Assembly (NCBI RefSeq): GCF_003334785.1
Contig: NZ_QOWV01000020.1
From: Escherichia coli
Lineage (GTDB): Bacteria; Pseudomonadota; Gammaproteobacteria; Enterobacterales; Enterobacteriaceae
Length of the DNA: 61,363 bases
Direction: 5' to 3' (one strand)
Shown: positions 41,401 to 52,223 of the stretch, one piece after another
Layout: each line of letters begins with the position of its first letter
How positions within the stretch are numbered: the stretch's first letter is position 1
Notes under the pieces: model-generated
Told to the model about the DNA's origin: nothing
Seen by the model: the letters and a program-made list of their open reading frames with translations, nothing else
Databases searched by the model: none
Position numbers and translations under genes: made by a program

Positions 41401-44400
41401 TGGCGAGATGGCGCAACAGGGCAACGTTCCCGCAAGCGTGTGCCACGCCTGCGGCAGTGCCGGGTTCCGATGATCGGTAACGCAAAAAGCCTCGCCCTGA
41501 GGAACAACGTATGCCGCCAGCGTTTTTTCTTTTTCGCCGATCGCCAGAACGGTTGCTTGTTTCACCCCCACCAGCTGGCTGAGCGCGCTTTCGATTTCGC
41601 CCAGCTCGATGCGATATCCTCCGACTTTGACCTGCTTGTCGCGACGACCGAGGAACTCGATTGTGCCATCTGGCCAGTAGCAGCCGAGATCGCCGGTGCG
41701 ATACCAGCGCTCGTCCGGGAGCGTCAAAAATTGCTGCTCGCTACGCAGGGGATCGTTGAAATAGCCTTCCGCGACCCCAATGCCGCCAATCCATAATTCA
41801 CCCGGCACCCAGTCAGGGCAGTCCCGGCCCTGTTCATCCACCACCCGGTAGCGTTGGTTGGTTAGCGGAAAACCGTAAGGGATGGAGCGCCAGTGGGCGG
41901 GGACGTCGTGAATTTCGCAGGCGTTAGACCAGATAGACGCCTCGGTGGCGCCGCCCATCGCGATAAATTGTCCTTGTGGCCGGAAGGCCCGATAACGGGC
42001 GGGGAGGTCAAGCCCGATCCAGTCGCCGGAAAGCATCACTGCGCGCAGGTTTTCCGGCGTGGCGTCGGCGAAACCTTCACACCAGGTCAGCAGCATATCG
42101 AACAGCGCCGGGACGCTGTTCCAGAGCGTGACCTGATGGCGCTGGATCAGCTCACACCATGCGTGAGGATCGCGCCGTTGATTTTCCATCACCATCACCA
42201 GCGCGCCGCCCGCGCGCAGTACGCCAAAAATGTCGTAAACCGATAAATCAAAATGTAGGGCGGAGAGGGCCAGCACCCTGTCATGCGGGCCAACCTGATA
42301 GCGGGTATTGATATCGCAACAGGTGTTAAGCGCTCCCCGGTGAGAAATGACTACCCCTTTCGGCGTACCGGTAGAGCCGGAGGTGTAGATAATGTAGGCC
42401 GGTTGCGTGGGGGCGCGTACTACCGGGTTGGCGATCGGCTCCGCCTCAATGGCCTGCTGCCAGGCAAGGGCGGGAATATCGTCTGACCCGGCGCTGGCGT
42501 CGTGCTGACAAATGAGCACCAGCCGGACGCTGGCGTCAGCGTAGATTTTCTCGCGCCGTGCGGCAGGCTGATCCAGCGAAACCGGAACGTAAACCGCCCC
42601 GGCCAGCAGGACGGCCAGAACCGCAACAAGTTGTCCTGCGCCTTTCGACATCGTGATAGCCACATTATCGCCGGGCTGAACCCCGCACTCGATTAACCTG
42701 CCCGCGCAACGGCGGGCATAGTCTGTCAGCTCATGATAATTCCACTGATAACGCATGTCCGTTACCGCCAGCGCCTGCGGCTGTTGCAGAGCGATACGGA
42801 AAATGCCTTCATGCAGCAAGCCTTCGGGAATGGGGGCGCCGGTGGCGTTGACCCGTTCGCGTATCGCGCGCTGGCTGGCGGGCATCATATCTGCGAACGG
42901 CTTTTGCCAGGCGCTTTCGTCATCGCAGAGTTGGTTAATCAACTGGCAGTAGGCGTCGAACAATGTTTCGACTAACGCCGGAGGGAACAGCGCGTCGTTG
43001 CTGTCCCATTGTAGCCAGACCTCGCCGTGATGCTCGAACGCCAGATGATCTATCCAGACCTGCGGCGTTTGCGAGATGCCCCATTCCGGCTCGCCCAACG
43101 GCGATTCTGCGCGGCTGCTGTAGAGGGAACGCCCCAGATTGCTGGTAAATACCACCGGGGCGCCGTGGGGGTAGCGCTGCTGGCGTTTGAGTTCACGGAG
43201 TAATTCGACGCCGGACCAGTGGCGATGCTCCCAGTCCTCCGTAAACGTGAGCTGGTTTTTACGCGCCAGGTTGCTGACGGTATCGCCATCGCAGGCGGTA
43301 TCCAGCAGAAGAATATTGGTGAAGTCGGCAAGCATCGCGCCAACCGCCGGTTGCAGCGGCTGGCGGTCGAATAAGGTGATGTTAAGCAGCAGACGCGTCA
43401 GGCCGCCCCAGCGAGCCAGCACGGCAGAAAAACAGGTCGCCAGTGCCATTGTCGGCGTCACGCCATACTCGCCGGCCCGGTTGCTAAAGGCGTGCCAGCG
43501 TGTTGCCGGGACAATCATGCGGCGTCGGGTATTACGGACTTCACGTAGCGTGGCGGGTTCGCAGGCCAGCGGCAAGACGGGCGCGGGGGGAAGCGTCGAT
43601 GCTTTCGCCAGCCAGTAAGCGCGCGCGACGTCTCTCAGTGGTTGATTGATCTTCTGCTGGTGCAGCAAATACGAGCGGAAATCATAGCGGGTGTCGATAG
43701 CCGGCAGCGATTCTCCGGCCAGCAGGGCGTTAAGCTCATCGAAGAAAAGCGTAAAGCTGGAGGCATCCATAATCAGCAGGTCAATATTGACATGGAGGCG
43801 GTGGCGATTGTCCGGCAAGAGCGTCAGCTGAAAATCAAACGTTTCGCCGATTTCCACGCGTAAAAGACGGTGGCTCAGGCGCTGGCGCAGTGCGTCCAGA
43901 TAGGCCTGGCGGCTTTCAGCGTCGTTATGGCGTAAATCATGAACGGTGACGCCGTTCCAGTAAGGTTGCGGTAGCCAGACCTGCTGCCCGTCGGGGCGAA
44001 AGGCGATATGCAGCATTGGGTGGCGTTGCAGCAAGGTCGTGATGGCCTGCTCCAGCTGCGACGCCGTCAGACAATGGCCTTCAAACTCCTGATACAGGTG
44101 GCAACCCACGCCGCCAAGCGTCTGCCCCGGCATGCGGCCCGTCAGGTAGGCGTGCTGTACTGGCGTCAATGGGAAGGGGGTACTTTCGGTCATGTTCGGC
44201 CAGGATGATTCGTCGGGCGGCGTTTCTTCTTCCGCGTTCTCCGGCGACCGGCTGAGCATTAACTGGTTCCATGCCGCCAGCGTGGGGGCGGCATACAGCT
44301 CGCGAAGGGTAAGGCGGTAGCCATTTTTACGAAACCAGTGTAACCATCTCATCAATCTTATGGAATCCAGACCGGCCTGGATCAGGTTGCTCTCTTCATG

Positions 44401-44517
44401 TAACTGCTGCGGCGTTAAATTCAGTTCCTGTATGAGCCGCTCGCGTAATTGTTGGTAATCAGCCGCGTGGCGGTTGTCCGGTAACAGCGAATCCTGAGAT
44501 GGTGCGCCAGAAATCAT
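38410..44517 (-). CDS. irp2: HMWP2, NRPS yersiniabactin synthetase (cyclisation / adenylation / carrier domains)
   Basis: Uninterrupted ORF; probable start MISGAPSQ at 44517 (ORF track 44535). Adenylation motifs [42 protein letters not shown] motif [14 protein letters not shown]. Confidence 0.95.
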   Translation of the reverse strand: MISGAPSQDSLLPDNRHAADYQQLRERLIQELNLTPQQLHEESNLIQAGLDSIRLMRWLHWFRKNGYRLTLRELYAAPTLAAWNQLMLSRSPENAEEETPPDESSWPNMTESTPFPLTPVQHAYLTGRMPGQTLGGVGCHLYQEFEGHCLTASQLEQAITTLLQRHPMLHIAFRPDGQQVWLPQPYWNGVTVHDLRHNDAESRQAYLDALRQRLSHRLLRVEIGETFDFQLTLLPDNRHRLHVNIDLLIMDASSFTLFFDELNALLAGESLPAIDTRYDFRSYLLHQQKINQPLRDVARAYWLAKASTLPPAPVLPLACEPATLREVRNTRRRMIVPATRWHAFSNRAGEYGVTPTMALATCFSAVLARWGGLTRLLLNITLFDRQPLQPAVGAMLADFTNILLLDTACDGDTVSNLARKNQLTFTEDWEHRHWSGVELLRELKRQQRYPHGAPVVFTSNLGRSLYSSRAESPLGEPEWGISQTPQVWIDHLAFEHHGEVWLQWDSNDALFPPALVETLFDAYCQLINQLCDDESAWQKPFADMMPASQRAIRERVNATGAPIPEGLLHEGIFRIALQQPQALAVTDMRYQWNYHELTDYARRCAGRLIECGVQPGDNVAITMSKGAGQLVAVLAVLLAGAVYVPVSLDQPAARREKIYADASVRLVLICQHDASAGSDDIPALAWQQAIEAEPIANPVVRAPTQPAYIIYTSGSTGTPKGVVISHRGALNTCCDINTRYQVGPHDRVLALSALHFDLSVYDIFGVLRAGGALVMVMENQRRDPHAWCELIQRHQVTLWNSVPALFDMLLTWCEGFADATPENLRAVMLSGDWIGLDLPARYRAFRPQGQFIAMGGATEASIWSNACEIHDVPAHWRSIPYGFPLTNQRYRVVDEQGRDCPDWVPGELWIGGIGVAEGYFNDPLRSEQQFLTLPDERWYRTGDLGCYWPDGTIEFLGRRDKQVKVGGYRIELGEIESALSQLVGVKQATVLAIGEKEKTLAAYVVPQGEAFCVTDHRNPALPQAWHTLAGTLPCCAISPEISAEQVADFLQHRLLKLKPGHTAGADPLPLMNSLAIQPRWQAVVERWLAFLVTQRRLKPAAEGYQVCAGEEREDEHPHFSGHDLTLSQILRGARNELSLLNDAQWSPESLAFNHPASAPYIQELATICQQLAQRLQRPVRLLEVGTRTGRAAESLLAQLNAGQIEYVGLEQSQEMLLSARQRLAPWPGARLSLWNADTLAAHAHSADIIWLNNALHRLLPEDPGLLATLQQLAVPGALLYVMEFRQLTPSALLSTLLLTNGQPEALLHNSADWAALFSAAGFNCQHGDEVAGLQRFLVQCPDRQVRRDPRQLQAALAGRLPGWMVPQRIVFLDALPLTANGKIDYQALKRRHTPEAENPAEADLPQGDIEKQVAALWQQLLSTDNVTRETDFFQQGGDSLLATRLTGQLHQAGYEAQLSDLFNHPRLADFAATLRKTDVPVEQPFVHSLEDRYQPFALTDVQQAYLVGRQPGFALGGVGSHLFVEFEIADLDLTRLETVWNRLIARHDMLRAIVRDGQQQVLEQTPPWVIPAHTLHTPEEALRVREKLAHQVLNPEVWPVFDLQVGYVDGMPARLWLCLDNLLLDGLSMQILLAELEHGYRYPQQLLPPLPVTFRDYLQQPSLQSPNPDSLAWWQAQLDDIPPAPALPLRCLPQEVETPRFARLNGALDSTRWHRLKKRAADAHLTPSAVLLSVWSTVLSAWSAQPDFTLNLTLFDRRPLHPQINQILGDFTSLMLLSWHPGESWLHSAQSLQQRLSQNLNHRDVSAIRVMRQLAQRQNVPAVPMPVVFTSALGFEQDNFLARRNLLKPVWGISQTPQVWLDHQIYESEGELRFNWDFVAALFPAGQVERQFEQYCALLNRMAEDESGWQLPLAALVPPVKHAGQCAERSPRVCPEHSQPHIAADESTVSLICDAFREVVGESVTPAENFFEAGATSLNLVQLHVLLQRHEFSTLTLLDLFTHPSPAALADYLAGVATVEKTQRPRPVRRRQRRI

Positions 44518-44564
44518 TCTTCCTCCTGATGGCACGTCTTACCGAAAAGCATTACTCATATGAG

Positions 44565-44625
44565 AATAATAATTATTAACAATTGGATGCTACCCGAAAC
44601 GGGTTTATTTATGCCCGTTTCGGGT
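44565..44625. promoter_or_regulatory. irp2 promoter region: Fur-box-like site plus YbtA-type inverted repeat
   Basis: AATAATAATTATTAAC (Fur-like) followed by ACCCGAAACGGGTTTATTTATGCCCGTTTCGGGT, sharing its core with the repeat upstream of fyuA. Confidence 0.55.
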
Positions 44626-44644
44626 TGGTAACAGGCGGAAAGAA

Positions 44645-44675
44645 CAGAGGCCCGGATGGGGTATCCGGGCCTCTG
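44645..44675 (-). terminator. Hairpin downstream of ybtA (putative terminator)
   Basis: Perfect inverted repeat CAGAGGCCCGGAT-GGGG-TATCCGGGCCTCTG immediately 3' of the ybtA stop. Confidence 0.5.
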
Positions 44676-44707
44676 TCAGGGAGGAGTTTAGGGGGGCGCG
44701 ACCCCGG

Positions 44708-45667
44708 TTACATCCCGCGTTTAAAGGTCGAAGGAGTTACGCCAAACTGTTTCTGGAAGGCGGCAGAGAAATGGCTGGCGTTGGCATAGCCCAGATCGGC
44801 CGCCACCGTCATGACGGAGGTATTGCCGTTGGCCAGGCGTCTTCTGGCTTCCTGCATTCGTTCAGCCTGAAACAGGCCATAGACGCTGTTGTTGAACAGA
44901 ACGCGGAAGCCTCGCTTAATTTTGAGAACGCTCAGACCGGACTCTCTGGCCAGCTCCGCGACGCCCGGCGCTTGCGTCAGATCAGCCAGCAGCAGATCCT
45001 TCGCCCGCAGCAGTTTCTGGCGTTCCATCGGGTTGAAGTGGCAGGAGAGGCAACTGGCGTCTTCGCGATGTTCATCCAGCACCAGACTGAGCATGACCAG
45101 ACTTTGCCCCTGCAACCATAGCGTCGACGGCTTTTGTTCATGACTGAAGCCGCCGTGCATGCGCATCAGCGCGTGACGCAAGGCCTGAGCCGTTAAGTGG
45201 GTTTCAGCATTACAACGCTGCTGCTGGCAACAGCAGTGGGAGTCGATCTTATTCTTAATGACCGCGCTAATATCCGGCACCCACAGCGCGAGGGTTTCAG
45301 GGCTGAAGGAGAGGGTAATGCTCTCGAATCGGCCACAATAGGAGGCGCTGCCGCGACAGTCTGGCGTATGGGTAATGTAATGACGATTGCGCGCAAGCTC
45401 CCAGTCGGTGTGGCGCCGGAGTCCCTGAATCGCAAAGCGCGATGTGCCTTCCAGGATGCACGAGAAGTTAATCCTGCCCAGATCGTCGTGTAGCTGCAAC
45501 GTCTCAGGCCGCGCAAAATGGCCCCTCCAGAGCAAAATATCCATACCTTCCTGCAACGAACAGCGCAGCAGTTCACACTGAGCAGGAATATTGCCATCGT
45601 TTGCAGGTTTCCCGACCACCAACTGGTGAATAGAGATTTCAGATTGCGTTTGCGGTGACTCCATCAT
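44708..45667 (-). CDS. ybtA: AraC-family transcriptional activator of the yersiniabactin regulon
   Basis: 319 aa; C-terminal AraC-type HTH (...ANASHFSAAFQKQFGVTPSTFKRG); divergent from ybtP. Confidence 0.9.
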   Translation of the reverse strand: MMESPQTQSEISIHQLVVGKPANDGNIPAQCELLRCSLQEGMDILLWRGHFARPETLQLHDDLGRINFSCILEGTSRFAIQGLRRHTDWELARNRHYITHTPDCRGSASYCGRFESITLSFSPETLALWVPDISAVIKNKIDSHCCCQQQRCNAETHLTAQALRHALMRMHGGFSHEQKPSTLWLQGQSLVMLSLVLDEHREDASCLSCHFNPMERQKLLRAKDLLLADLTQAPGVAELARESGLSVLKIKRGFRVLFNNSVYGLFQAERMQEARRRLANGNTSVMTVAADLGYANASHFSAAFQKQFGVTPSTFKRGM

Positions 45668-45737
45668 GACCTGGTTATCTCCCTGTGGCTTAGACCAATG
45701 CGGGTATAAATAGAACCGAATGGGGTAGATGAGTTAT

Positions 45738-45756
45738 TGATAATGGTTATTATTCA
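45738..45756. promoter_or_regulatory. Fur-box-like site in the divergent ybtA / ybtP promoter region
   Basis: TGATAATGGTTATTATTCA matches about 13 of 19 positions of the Fur consensus GATAATGATAATCATTATC. Confidence 0.45.
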
Positions 45757-45833
45757 CATTAATTCTCAGAACGCCACCCTGAATTGTCGTTTTTGGCGTC
45801 CGTAAAAATTCATCAGGAAATTCAGTTACTCCC

Positions 45834-47636
45834 ATGTCATCTCAATCATCCAATACTGAATCGCTGTCCCGATTTCCTCTCTGGCAGGTGATTACACCGG
45901 TTCGCAGGAAGGTTATTTTAGCTATGGCGCTGGCGGGGCTGGCGGCATTAACCAGCCTGGGGGCGCTCCTTTTTCTGGCGTGGAGCCTGCGTGACATTCG
46001 CGCGACGCCTGACGCTATTCCGGCCTGGCCGCTGGGCGGCGTGATCGGCTGCGTGGTCTTAACTTTTGTTCTGCGCTTACAGGCGTTCAACACCTCTCAT
46101 TACGCGGCTTTTCATCTGGAGAACATTCTGCGCAGCAGGTTAGCCCGTAAAGCATTGCAGCTTCCGCCAGGCGTGTTACAGCAAATGGGCAGCGGGTCAG
46201 TGGCGAAAGTGATGCTGGATGACGTGAAGTCGTTACATATTTTTGTGGCCGACAGCACGCCGCTCTATGTCCGCGCGATCATCATGCCGCTGGCGACAAT
46301 CGTTATCTTGTTCTGGCTGGACTGGCGGCTGGCAATCGCGACGCTGGGGGTACTGGCGTTTGGATCGGTTGTTCTCGTGCTCGCCCGCCAGCGTTCGGAA
46401 GATATGGCTCAGCGTTATCATAAGGCGCGCGAGCAGGTTAGCGCGGCGGTTATTGAGTTCGTGCAGGCCATGCCCGTGGTGAGAACGTTTGATAGCGGCA
46501 GCACCAGTTTTTTGCGCTATCAACGCGCCCTTGAAGAGTGGGTCGATGTGCTCAAAACCTGGTATCGCAAAGCCGGTTTTTCAGCGCGTTTTTCCTTCTC
46601 GATTCTGAATCCTCTCCCGACCCTGTTTGTCCTGATCTGGTCGGGATACGGCCTGTTGCACTATGGCAGTTTCGATTTTATCGCGTGGGTGGCCGTTTTA
46701 CTGATGGGCAGCGGAATGGCCGAAGCCGTAATGCCAATGATGATGCTCAATAACCTGGTCGCGCAAACGCGTTTAAGCATTCAGCGTATTTATCAGGTTC
46801 TCGCGATGCCGGAGTTATCGCTGCCGCAGTCTGACCAGCAGCCGCAAGAGGCGAGCATTACCTTTGAGCAGGTGAGCTTTCATTATCCGCAAGCGCGTAC
46901 TGGCGCCGCGTTGCAGGAGGTGAGCTTTCATGTGCCTGCCGGGCAAATTGTGGCGCTGGTCGGGCCAAGCGGTGCCGGAAAAAGCACCGTGGCGCGCTTG
47001 CTGCTGCGTTACGCCGACCCGGACAAAGGCCATATCCGTATTGGCGGCGTGGATCTGCGTGATATGCAGACGGACACCCTGATGAAGCAACTCTCGTTTG
47101 TGTTTCAGGACAACTTCCTTTTTGTCGACACGATAGCCAATAACATTCGTCTGGGCGCGCCGGATACGCCGCTGGAGGCGGTAATAGCGGCGGCCAGAGT
47201 GGCGCAGGCCCATGATTTTATTAGCGCTCTGCCAGAAGGTTACAACACTCGAGTCGGGGAACGTGGGGTATTTCTCTCCGGCGGCCAGCGGCAGCGCATT
47301 ACTATCGCCCGGGCGCTTTTGCAGGATCGCCCCATCCTGGTGCTCGATGAGGCGACGGCGTTTGCTGACCCGGAAAACGAAGCGGCGCTTATCAAGGCGC
47401 TCGCGGCGGCCATGCGTGGCCGGACGGTCATCATGGTCGCGCATCGTCTCTCAATGGTGACTCAGGCCGATGTGATATTGCTGTTTTCCGACGGACAGCT
47501 CAGGGAAATGGGGAACCATACGCAACTGTTGGCGCAGGGCGGCCTGTATCAACGGCTCTGGCAACACTATCAGCAGGCGCAGCATTGGGTGCCGGGTGGA
47601 ACACAGGAAGAGGTGGTGGAAAATGAAAGACAATAA
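45834..47636 (+). CDS. ybtP: ABC transporter, fused permease-ATPase (yersiniabactin uptake)
   Basis: 600 aa; N-terminal TM domain; Walker A GPSGAGKST, ABC signature LSGGQRQR, Walker B ILVLDEAT. Confidence 0.9.
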   Translation: MSSQSSNTESLSRFPLWQVITPVRRKVILAMALAGLAALTSLGALLFLAWSLRDIRATPDAIPAWPLGGVIGCVVLTFVLRLQAFNTSHYAAFHLENILRSRLARKALQLPPGVLQQMGSGSVAKVMLDDVKSLHIFVADSTPLYVRAIIMPLATIVILFWLDWRLAIATLGVLAFGSVVLVLARQRSEDMAQRYHKAREQVSAAVIEFVQAMPVVRTFDSGSTSFLRYQRALEEWVDVLKTWYRKAGFSARFSFSILNPLPTLFVLIWSGYGLLHYGSFDFIAWVAVLLMGSGMAEAVMPMMMLNNLVAQTRLSIQRIYQVLAMPELSLPQSDQQPQEASITFEQVSFHYPQARTGAALQEVSFHVPAGQIVALVGPSGAGKSTVARLLLRYADPDKGHIRIGGVDLRDMQTDTLMKQLSFVFQDNFLFVDTIANNIRLGAPDTPLEAVIAAARVAQAHDFISALPEGYNTRVGERGVFLSGGQRQRITIARALLQDRPILVLDEATAFADPENEAALIKALAAAMRGRTVIMVAHRLSMVTQADVILLFSDGQLREMGNHTQLLAQGGLYQRLWQHYQQAQHWVPGGTQEEVVENERQ

Positions 47637-49425
47637 TCCTGCGGATAACCTGGCCTGGCGCGTCATCTGGCGCCTGCTTATCTCCAGCGTTGGCAGTCAG
47701 GCCAGGATGCTGCGACGCAGTATGCTGGCGCTGTTGCTGGCGGCATTCATGCAGGGGATCGCCTTTGCCTGTCTTTATCCGATCATTGATGCGCTGTTAC
47801 GGGGAGACGCGCCGCAACTTCTTAACTGGGCTATGGCCTTCAGCGTCGCCGCAATTGTGACGCTGGTGCTACGCTGGTATGGCCTGGGCTTTGAATACCG
47901 TGGTCATCTGGCGCAGGCCACCCATGAGTTGCGCCTGCGACTTGGCGAGCAGTTACGCCGCGTGCCGCTGGAGAAGCTCCAGCGCGGCAGGGCGGGTGAA
48001 ATGAACGCCTTGCTGCTGGGCAGCGTGGATGAAAACCTCAATTATGTTATTGCGATAGCCAATATTTTGCTGCTCACCATTGTCACGCCGCTGACGGCGT
48101 CGCTGGCGACATTGTGGATAGACTGGCGGCTGGGGCTGGTGATGTTGCTGATCTTCCCTCTGCTGGTGCCGTTTTATTACTGGCGCCGCCCGGCGATGCG
48201 GCGACAAATGCAGACGCTGGGGGAAGCGCACCAGCGTCTGAGCGGCGATATCGTTGAATTTGCTCAGGGGATGATGGTATTGCGCACCTGCGGCAGCGAT
48301 GCCGATAAAAGCCGGGCGCTGCTGGCGCATTTCAATGCGCTGGAAAACTTACAGACCCGCACTCACCGTCAGGGCGCTGGCGCGACGATGCTGATCGCCA
48401 GCGTCGTGGAGTTGGGCCTACAGGTGGTGGTGTTATCCGGGATCGTCTGGGTAGTGACGGGCACTCTGAACCTCGCCTTTTTGATTGCCGCCGTCGCGAT
48501 GATTATGCGCTTCGCAGAACCGATGGCGATGTTTATCAGCTACACCTCGGTTGTGGAACTGATCGCCAGCGCCCTGCAACGGATTGAGCAGTTTATGGCG
48601 ATAGCACCGCTTCCCGTCGCAGAGCAAAGCGAGATGCCGGAACGTTACGATATCCGCTTTGACAACGTCAGCTATCGCTACGAAGAAGGCGACGGCCACG
48701 CGCTTAATCATGTTTCTTTGACGTTCCCGGCAGCCAGTATGAGCGCGCTGGTGGGTGCCTCCGGCGCAGGCAAAACTACCGTCACCAAACTGTTAATGCG
48801 CTATGCCGATCCGCAGCAAGGGCAGATTTCTATTGGCGGCGTCGATATTCGCCGCCTGACGCCGGAACAGCTCAATAGCCTGATTTCTGTTGTTTTCCAG
48901 GATGTCTGGCTGTTTGATGACACGCTGCTGGCGAATATCCGTATCGCGCGCCCACAGGCGACGCGGCAGGAGGTAGAAGAGGCCGCCCGCGCGGCGCAGT
49001 GCCTTGAGTTTATTTCCCGTCTTCCGCAAGGCTGGCTGACGCCAATGGGAGAGATGGGCGGCCAGCTATCGGGCGGCGAGCGCCAGCGGATTTCCATTGC
49101 CAGAGCGTTATTGAAAAACGCGCCAGTCGTCATTCTCGATGAACCGACTGCCGCGCTGGATATTGAAAGCGAGCTGGCGGTGCAAAAAGCGATCGATAAC
49201 CTGGTTTACAACCGGACGGTGATTATCATCGCTCACCGTTTATCCACCATCGCCGGGGCCGGAAACATTCTGGTGATGGAAGAGGGACAGGTGGTTGAGC
49301 AGGGTACTCATGCGCAATTGCTCTCACATCATGGGCGTTATCAGGCGCTGTGGCAGGCGCAAATGGCCGCGCGCGTGTGGCGCGACGACGGGGTTTCCGC
49401 GTCTGGAGAGTGGGTGCATGAGTGA
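47623..49425 (+). CDS. ybtQ: ABC transporter, fused permease-ATPase (yersiniabactin uptake)
   Basis: Start at ATG 47623 (MKDNNPADN...), overlapping the ybtP end; Walker A GASGAGKTT, signature LSGGERQR, Walker B VILDEPT. Confidence 0.9.
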   Translation: MKDNNPADNLAWRVIWRLLISSVGSQARMLRRSMLALLLAAFMQGIAFACLYPIIDALLRGDAPQLLNWAMAFSVAAIVTLVLRWYGLGFEYRGHLAQATHELRLRLGEQLRRVPLEKLQRGRAGEMNALLLGSVDENLNYVIAIANILLLTIVTPLTASLATLWIDWRLGLVMLLIFPLLVPFYYWRRPAMRRQMQTLGEAHQRLSGDIVEFAQGMMVLRTCGSDADKSRALLAHFNALENLQTRTHRQGAGATMLIASVVELGLQVVVLSGIVWVVTGTLNLAFLIAAVAMIMRFAEPMAMFISYTSVVELIASALQRIEQFMAIAPLPVAEQSEMPERYDIRFDNVSYRYEEGDGHALNHVSLTFPAASMSALVGASGAGKTTVTKLLMRYADPQQGQISIGGVDIRRLTPEQLNSLISVVFQDVWLFDDTLLANIRIARPQATRQEVEEAARAAQCLEFISRLPQGWLTPMGEMGGQLSGGERQRISIARALLKNAPVVILDEPTAALDIESELAVQKAIDNLVYNRTVIIIAHRLSTIAGAGNILVMEEGQVVEQGTHAQLLSHHGRYQALWQAQMAARVWRDDGVSASGEWVHE

Positions 49426-50698
49426 TGTTCAGTCGAATGTGAAACCGCCGACGTTGACGACCGGGCGGGTGATTTTTGCTATTGCCGGCGTCTATGTGAC
49501 GCAGAGTCTGGTATCGGCGCTGTCTATGCAGTCCTTACCCGCGCTGGTGCGCGCTGCTGGCGGTTCGCTGGCGCTTGCCGGTGCGACAACCCTGTTTATG
49601 CTGCCCTGGGCGCTGAAGTTTATTTGGGCGCCGTGGATCGAGCGCTGGCGGCTTCCGCCCGGTAGCCAGGAACGCCGTTCCCGCATGTTAATCCTGCGTG
49701 GTCAGGTCGCGCTAGCGGCGATCCTGACTATTGCCGCAGCGATTGGCTGGTTTAGGCGAGAAGGGGGATTCCCCGATACGCAAATCGTCGCGTTATTTGT
49801 TCTGTTTATGGTGGCAGGCACGGTCGCCTCCACCATTGATATCGCCAGCGACGGCTTTTGTGTCGATCAACTGACCCGCACGGGTTACGGCTGGGGAAAC
49901 AGCGTGCAGGTCGGCGGCAGCTATCTGGGAATGATGTGCGGCGGCGGGGTGTTCCTGATGCTGTCGGCGGCATCCGGCTGGCCTGTCGCCATGCTGATGA
50001 TGGCGGTGCTGATTATGGCGCTGTCACTCCCGCTGTGGCGCATTACGGAGCCGACGCGAACAGCGACTATCCTGCATGTTCCGGCGTTAGGTTATGCGCT
50101 AAGGAGGAAGCAGGCGCGCCTGGGCTTACTGCTGGTATTGATGCTGAATTCAGGCATGCGGTTTGTGCTGCCTCTTCTGGCACCGCTGTTGTTGGATCAT
50201 GGGTTGAGCATGTCCGCATTGGGCGCGTTGTTCAGCGGCGGCAATATTGCAGCGGGCATAGCAGGAACGCTGGCCGGCGGATTGCTGATGAAATACACCT
50301 CACCCGGCAGAGCGCTGTTGACGGCTTATGGCGTCCAGGGGATCGCGCTGCTGGCGGTGGTGATGACGCTCATGATGGCGCCGGGTCATCTGCTGCTGCA
50401 GATTCTCCAGTGTCTGGTCATTGTCCAGTCCATTTCGCTGGCCTGCGCGCTGGTCTGTCTTTACGCCACGCTGATGTCGCTTTCATCGCCTTTGCAGGCC
50501 GGTGTCGACTTCACCCTCTTTCAATGTACTGATGCGGCAATCGCCATTCTGGCAGGCGTTATCGGTGGCGTTGTTGCTCAACATTTTGGCTATGCGGCCT
50601 GCTTCCTGTTTGCCGGGGCATTCACGTTGCTGGCGGCGTGGGTTGCTTATATCCGGCTGCATTCGGCAAGAGAACTGATGACAAGCGCAATTGATTGA
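49418..50698 (+). CDS. ybtX: MFS-type (AmpG-like) inner-membrane permease
   Basis: Start at ATG 49418 (MSDVQSNVKPP...), overlapping the ybtQ stop; polytopic hydrophobic protein, 426 aa. Confidence 0.85.
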   Translation: MSDVQSNVKPPTLTTGRVIFAIAGVYVTQSLVSALSMQSLPALVRAAGGSLALAGATTLFMLPWALKFIWAPWIERWRLPPGSQERRSRMLILRGQVALAAILTIAAAIGWFRREGGFPDTQIVALFVLFMVAGTVASTIDIASDGFCVDQLTRTGYGWGNSVQVGGSYLGMMCGGGVFLMLSAASGWPVAMLMMAVLIMALSLPLWRITEPTRTATILHVPALGYALRRKQARLGLLLVLMLNSGMRFVLPLLAPLLLDHGLSMSALGALFSGGNIAAGIAGTLAGGLLMKYTSPGRALLTAYGVQGIALLAVVMTLMMAPGHLLLQILQCLVIVQSISLACALVCLYATLMSLSSPLQAGVDFTLFQCTDAAIAILAGVIGGVVAQHFGYAACFLFAGAFTLLAAWVAYIRLHSARELMTSAID

Positions 50699-50725
50699 TC
50701 CGGGAATAACACAGAGAGGTAAGGG

Positions 50726-52030
50726 ATGAAAATCAGTGAATTTCTACATCTGGCGTTACCAGAGGAACAATGGCTACCGACGATTTCTGGCGTTTTACGC
50801 CAGTTCGCAGAAGAAGAGTGTTATGTCTATGAGCGTCAACCCTGTTGGTATTTAGGCAAAGGGTGCCAGGCACGGCTGCACATTAATGCCGACGGAACGC
50901 AGGCGACATTTATTGATGATGCCGGGGAGCAAAAATGGGCGGTGGATTCCATTGCCGACTGCGCGCGTCGTTTTATGGCGCATCCTCAGGTGAAAGGACG
51001 TCGGGTATATGGACAGGTTGGGTTCAACTTTGCGGCGCATGCGCGGGGGATTGCCTTTAACGCCGGGGAGTGGCCGCTGCTGACGTTAACCGTTCCCCGT
51101 GAAGAACTTATTTTTGAAAAGGGAAATGTCACCGTTTATGCGGACTCCGCCGACGGGTGCCGACGTTTGTGCGAGTGGGTAAAAGAGGCCGGTACAACGA
51201 CGCAGAACGCACCACTGGCGGTGGATACCGCCCTCAATGGTGAGGCATATAAACAACAGGTTGCGCGCGCCGTTGCGGAGATCCGCCGTGGCGAGTATGT
51301 CAAAGTGATTGTCTCGCGCGCCATTCCCCTGCCATCGCGGATTGATATGCCCGCCACGCTGTTATACGGGCGGCAGGCAAACACGCCTGTGCGCTCGTTT
51401 ATGTTCCGTCAGGAAGGACGCGAAGCGCTGGGCTTTAGCCCGGAACTGGTGATGTCAGTGATGGGCAATAAAGTGGTCACTGAACCGCTTGCGGGCACCC
51501 GCGATCGCATGGGAAACCCGGAGCATAATAAGGCGAAAGAGGCAGAACTGCTGCACGACAGTAAAGAGGTGCTTGAGCATATCCTTTCTGTCAAAGAAGC
51601 TATTGCTGAACTGGAGGCTGTTTGCCAGCCGGGCAGCGTGGTGGTTGAAGATTTAATGTCGGTTCGCCAGCGCGGCAGCGTTCAGCATCTGGGGTCTGGC
51701 GTGAGCGGTCAGCTTTCGGAAAACAAGGATGCCTGGGATGCGTTTACCGTGCTGTTTCCGTCGATTACCGCCTCAGGTATCCCTAAAAATGCTGCTCTGA
51801 ACGCGATTATGCAAATTGAGAAGACGCCGCGAGAGCTTTATTCCGGCGCAATCCTGCTGCTGGACGATACGCGCTTTGATGCGGCGCTAGTTCTGCGTTC
51901 CGTATTTCAGGATAGCCAGCGCTGCTGGATACAGGCGGGGGCGGGAATCATCGCGCAATCTACGCCGGAACGCGAACTGACAGAAACCCGGGAGAAATTA
52001 GCGAGCATTGCGCCCTATTTAATGGTGTAG
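50726..52030 (+). CDS. ybtS: Salicylate synthase (chorismate-utilising enzyme)
   Basis: 434 aa; chorismate-binding family, last gene of the ybtPQXS operon. Confidence 0.9.
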   Translation: MKISEFLHLALPEEQWLPTISGVLRQFAEEECYVYERQPCWYLGKGCQARLHINADGTQATFIDDAGEQKWAVDSIADCARRFMAHPQVKGRRVYGQVGFNFAAHARGIAFNAGEWPLLTLTVPREELIFEKGNVTVYADSADGCRRLCEWVKEAGTTTQNAPLAVDTALNGEAYKQQVARAVAEIRRGEYVKVIVSRAIPLPSRIDMPATLLYGRQANTPVRSFMFRQEGREALGFSPELVMSVMGNKVVTEPLAGTRDRMGNPEHNKAKEAELLHDSKEVLEHILSVKEAIAELEAVCQPGSVVVEDLMSVRQRGSVQHLGSGVSGQLSENKDAWDAFTVLFPSITASGIPKNAALNAIMQIEKTPRELYSGAILLLDDTRFDAALVLRSVFQDSQRCWIQAGAGIIAQSTPERELTETREKLASIAPYLMV

Positions 52031-52223
52031 GAGTAACTGTTTTCTAACCTCACAACCAGACTGTCCAAAGACAATTGAGTCGCTCTTTGATTCCTCTGTG
52101 ACTCTATTGTCTTCTTTTGGGATAAAATAGGTGTTTTTCGTCATGAAGTTGATAAAAGTCTATATAGAACCACCTCCTGTGGAGGTGGTGGTAATTTGCC
52201 AGAGTGAGGGATTCGTTAGTATA

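Noticed and set aside
29000-44300. Dozens of 60-270-codon ORFs on the plus strand inside irp1 and irp2 (for example 31993..32808, 30298..30831, 38083..38559, 43187..43618)
   Set aside because: They lie antisense to two giant synthetase ORFs with clear catalytic motifs. In GC-rich coding DNA the opposite strand is poor in stop codons; the translations are Arg/Ala/Gly/Pro-rich and low in complexity with no domain signatures.
52131-52223. Inverted repeat ACCACCTCC-TGT-GGAGGTGGTGG between ybtS and int, considered as an att core or terminator
   Set aside because: It has no similarity to the tRNA-Asn 3' end and no clear flanking T-run on either strand; function undetermined.
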